Made by a program: the position numbers and the translations under genes. From IMG/VR virus record IMGVR_UViG_2563366959_000014: 14,999 nt of DNA. The stretch is one strand, 5' to 3'. Below are positions 13,782 to 14,999 of this stretch, piece by piece; the first letter of the stretch is position 1, and every line of letters starts with the position of its first letter. The notes below the pieces were generated by a model, which was not told where the DNA came from, searched no databases, and saw nothing but the letters and a program-made list of their open reading frames with translations. Source of the DNA: a virus. Taxonomy: Duplodnaviria > Heunggongvirae > Uroviricota > Caudoviricetes.

Positions 13782-14999
13782 TTATTTTCTTCTGGCTACG
13801 GGTAGCGTGGTTACGTTTTCATGTGCTCCCGCCAGTATCCCTAACCGCTCCGTCCACATATCCAGCGCATCACGTTTCGCATCCAGATAACGGGAATGGT
13901 TATAGACTCGTTGCATCCCTGGCATCTGATGACCTGTAAGCTGCTCCACGACGTGAGGATCCGCGCCTAAATCGTTCAGCATCGTTGTAAAGGTGCGCCG
14001 GATGTCATGCAGTGACCATTGAGGGTGTTTTAGCCTCCTGTGCGCTAATCTGCCGTACTGCGATACGCTGGCCTCCTGTTTCACTTCCCCCAGCAATAAG
14101 CCCGTGTGCCTGTTCTGCTCCACCAGCTTCATGACAAACGGCAGGATCGCTTCCGGTATGGGCCGGAATATTGCGACCTTCGTTTTGCTGTGCTCCTTCG
14201 GAACGGTCCATAGCATTTCCGTAAAATCCCACTCCCCGATCTCCGATAACCTCAGTTCTACCGTTCTGGCACCGAAGACAATCAGGAGGCGGATTAACGC
14301 GACGTAGTAAGGGGAAAATATTTTTTTATCCAGTGCCTGCAATAACTCGCCAAGTTCTTTGGTGCTTAAGACACGCTCGCTTATATCCGGTTTTTTCCCA
14401 ACGTCCGCAACGTTCAGATCGTCCAGAACGTTGCTGATTGCATAGCGCCGCCTACGGCAGAACTTAAGCGCCTGTTTGCACGCCTGTAGCACGAATCCGG
14501 CAGTAACAGGCGTTCGCTTTGCCACCTGGTCAAAACAAGCCAGCCAGTGCCGTAGCTCGCATTTATCCAGCGGCATAGCACCAATGTGCTGTATTACGTG
14601 ATTATTAAGTCGCCTTTTCAGGGCGATATAATCCACGCGGTTTTCCTTTACGTAAGACTCAAGCCAGTAGGTAAGCGCATCGCCAACCGTTACGGGCTTT
14701 AACGCTTCCTGTACGGTGTAATTCATCTCATGACGTGGATTTTTCCCCTCAGCCAGCCATGCGCGACACTGTGCGGCTTTTTCCCTGGCTGCTTTCAGGC
14801 TCAGATCAGGATAACTTCCCAGCTTAATGCGTTCGGGTCGTGTCTCCCTTCCCGTTCCGGCCCTGTATGTGAAATACCATGTCAATTTCCCTGATGTTAA
14901 ATATTTCACGCTCAGGTTTCCGCCATCACTATAAAACGTGTTTTTCTCAGCTGGCTTACCATGAAGTTTCCTTAGCAATGTATCGCTCAGTTTGTTCAT
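13782..14999 (-). CDS. int: Tyrosine integrase, P4-type
   Basis: 405 aa; N-terminal arm-binding-like region (YSDGGNLSVKY...WYFTYR) and a C-terminal catalytic region with the conserved HDIRRT and a tyrosine near the C-terminus. ATG is the last three bases of the window. Confidence 0.9.
   Translation of the reverse strand: MNKLSDTLLRKLHGKPAEKNTFYSDGGNLSVKYLTSGKLTWYFTYRAGTGRETRPERIKLGSYPDLSLKAAREKAAQCRAWLAEGKNPRHEMNYTVQEALKPVTVGDALTYWLESYVKENRVDYIALKRRLNNHVIQHIGAMPLDKCELRHWLACFDQVAKRTPVTAGFVLQACKQALKFCRRRRYAISNVLDDLNVADVGKKPDISERVLSTKELGELLQALDKKIFSPYYVALIRLLIVFGARTVELRLSEIGEWDFTEMLWTVPKEHSKTKVAIFRPIPEAILPFVMKLVEQNRHTGLLLGEVKQEASVSQYGRLAHRRLKHPQWSLHDIRRTFTTMLNDLGADPHVVEQLTGHQMPGMQRVYNHSRYLDAKRDALDMWTERLGILAGAHENVTTLPVARRK

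Larger units (their letters stand above)
139..14999. mobile_element. Integrated capsid-forming tail-less phage satellite (cf-PICI-like island); left boundary uncertain (139-895), right end lies beyond the window
   Basis: Contiguous integrase, AlpA, operator region, primase plus iteron origin, SSB, and a complete HK97-like head and packaging module (capsid, protease, portal, two head-completion proteins, HNH, TerS, TerL) with no tail or lysis genes. Truncated host-like ORF at the left edge. Confidence 0.7.

Overview
Nearly the whole window (about 139 to 14999, continuing past the right edge) reads as one integrated phage satellite of the capsid-forming, tail-less type (cf-PICI-like). All calls rest on reading the translated ORFs and the sequence by eye; no database search was run.

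From right to left, mostly on the minus strand, the modules are:
- Integration: a P4-type tyrosine integrase (13782-14999) followed by an AlpA-family regulator (13229-13417).
- Regulatory switch: a divergent promoter region with three GTGTT-N-AACAC palindromic operators (12446-12499), facing a plus-strand ribbon-helix-helix gene (12549-12728).
- Replication: three small unknown genes, a P4-family primase/NTPase (9713-11530), and an iteron-rich AT-rich origin immediately downstream (9467-9700).
- Accessory genes: two unknown genes, an SSB and a PerC-family regulator, then a terminator-bounded 74-aa gene that looks like a moron.
- Head and packaging operon, in HK97-like families but in reversed internal order: major capsid, prohead protease, portal, head-closure, gp6-like connector, HNH endonuclease, TerS, TerL.

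No tail, lysis or structural genes beyond the head are present. The left ~750 bp is non-coding and carries palindromes and an exact 28-bp direct repeat. The first 138 bp look like the 5' end of a tqsA-like transporter gene cut off by the insertion. An exact 13-mer (AACAACGTGGAAC) occurs three times in non-coding regions and is a candidate binding site for an element regulator.
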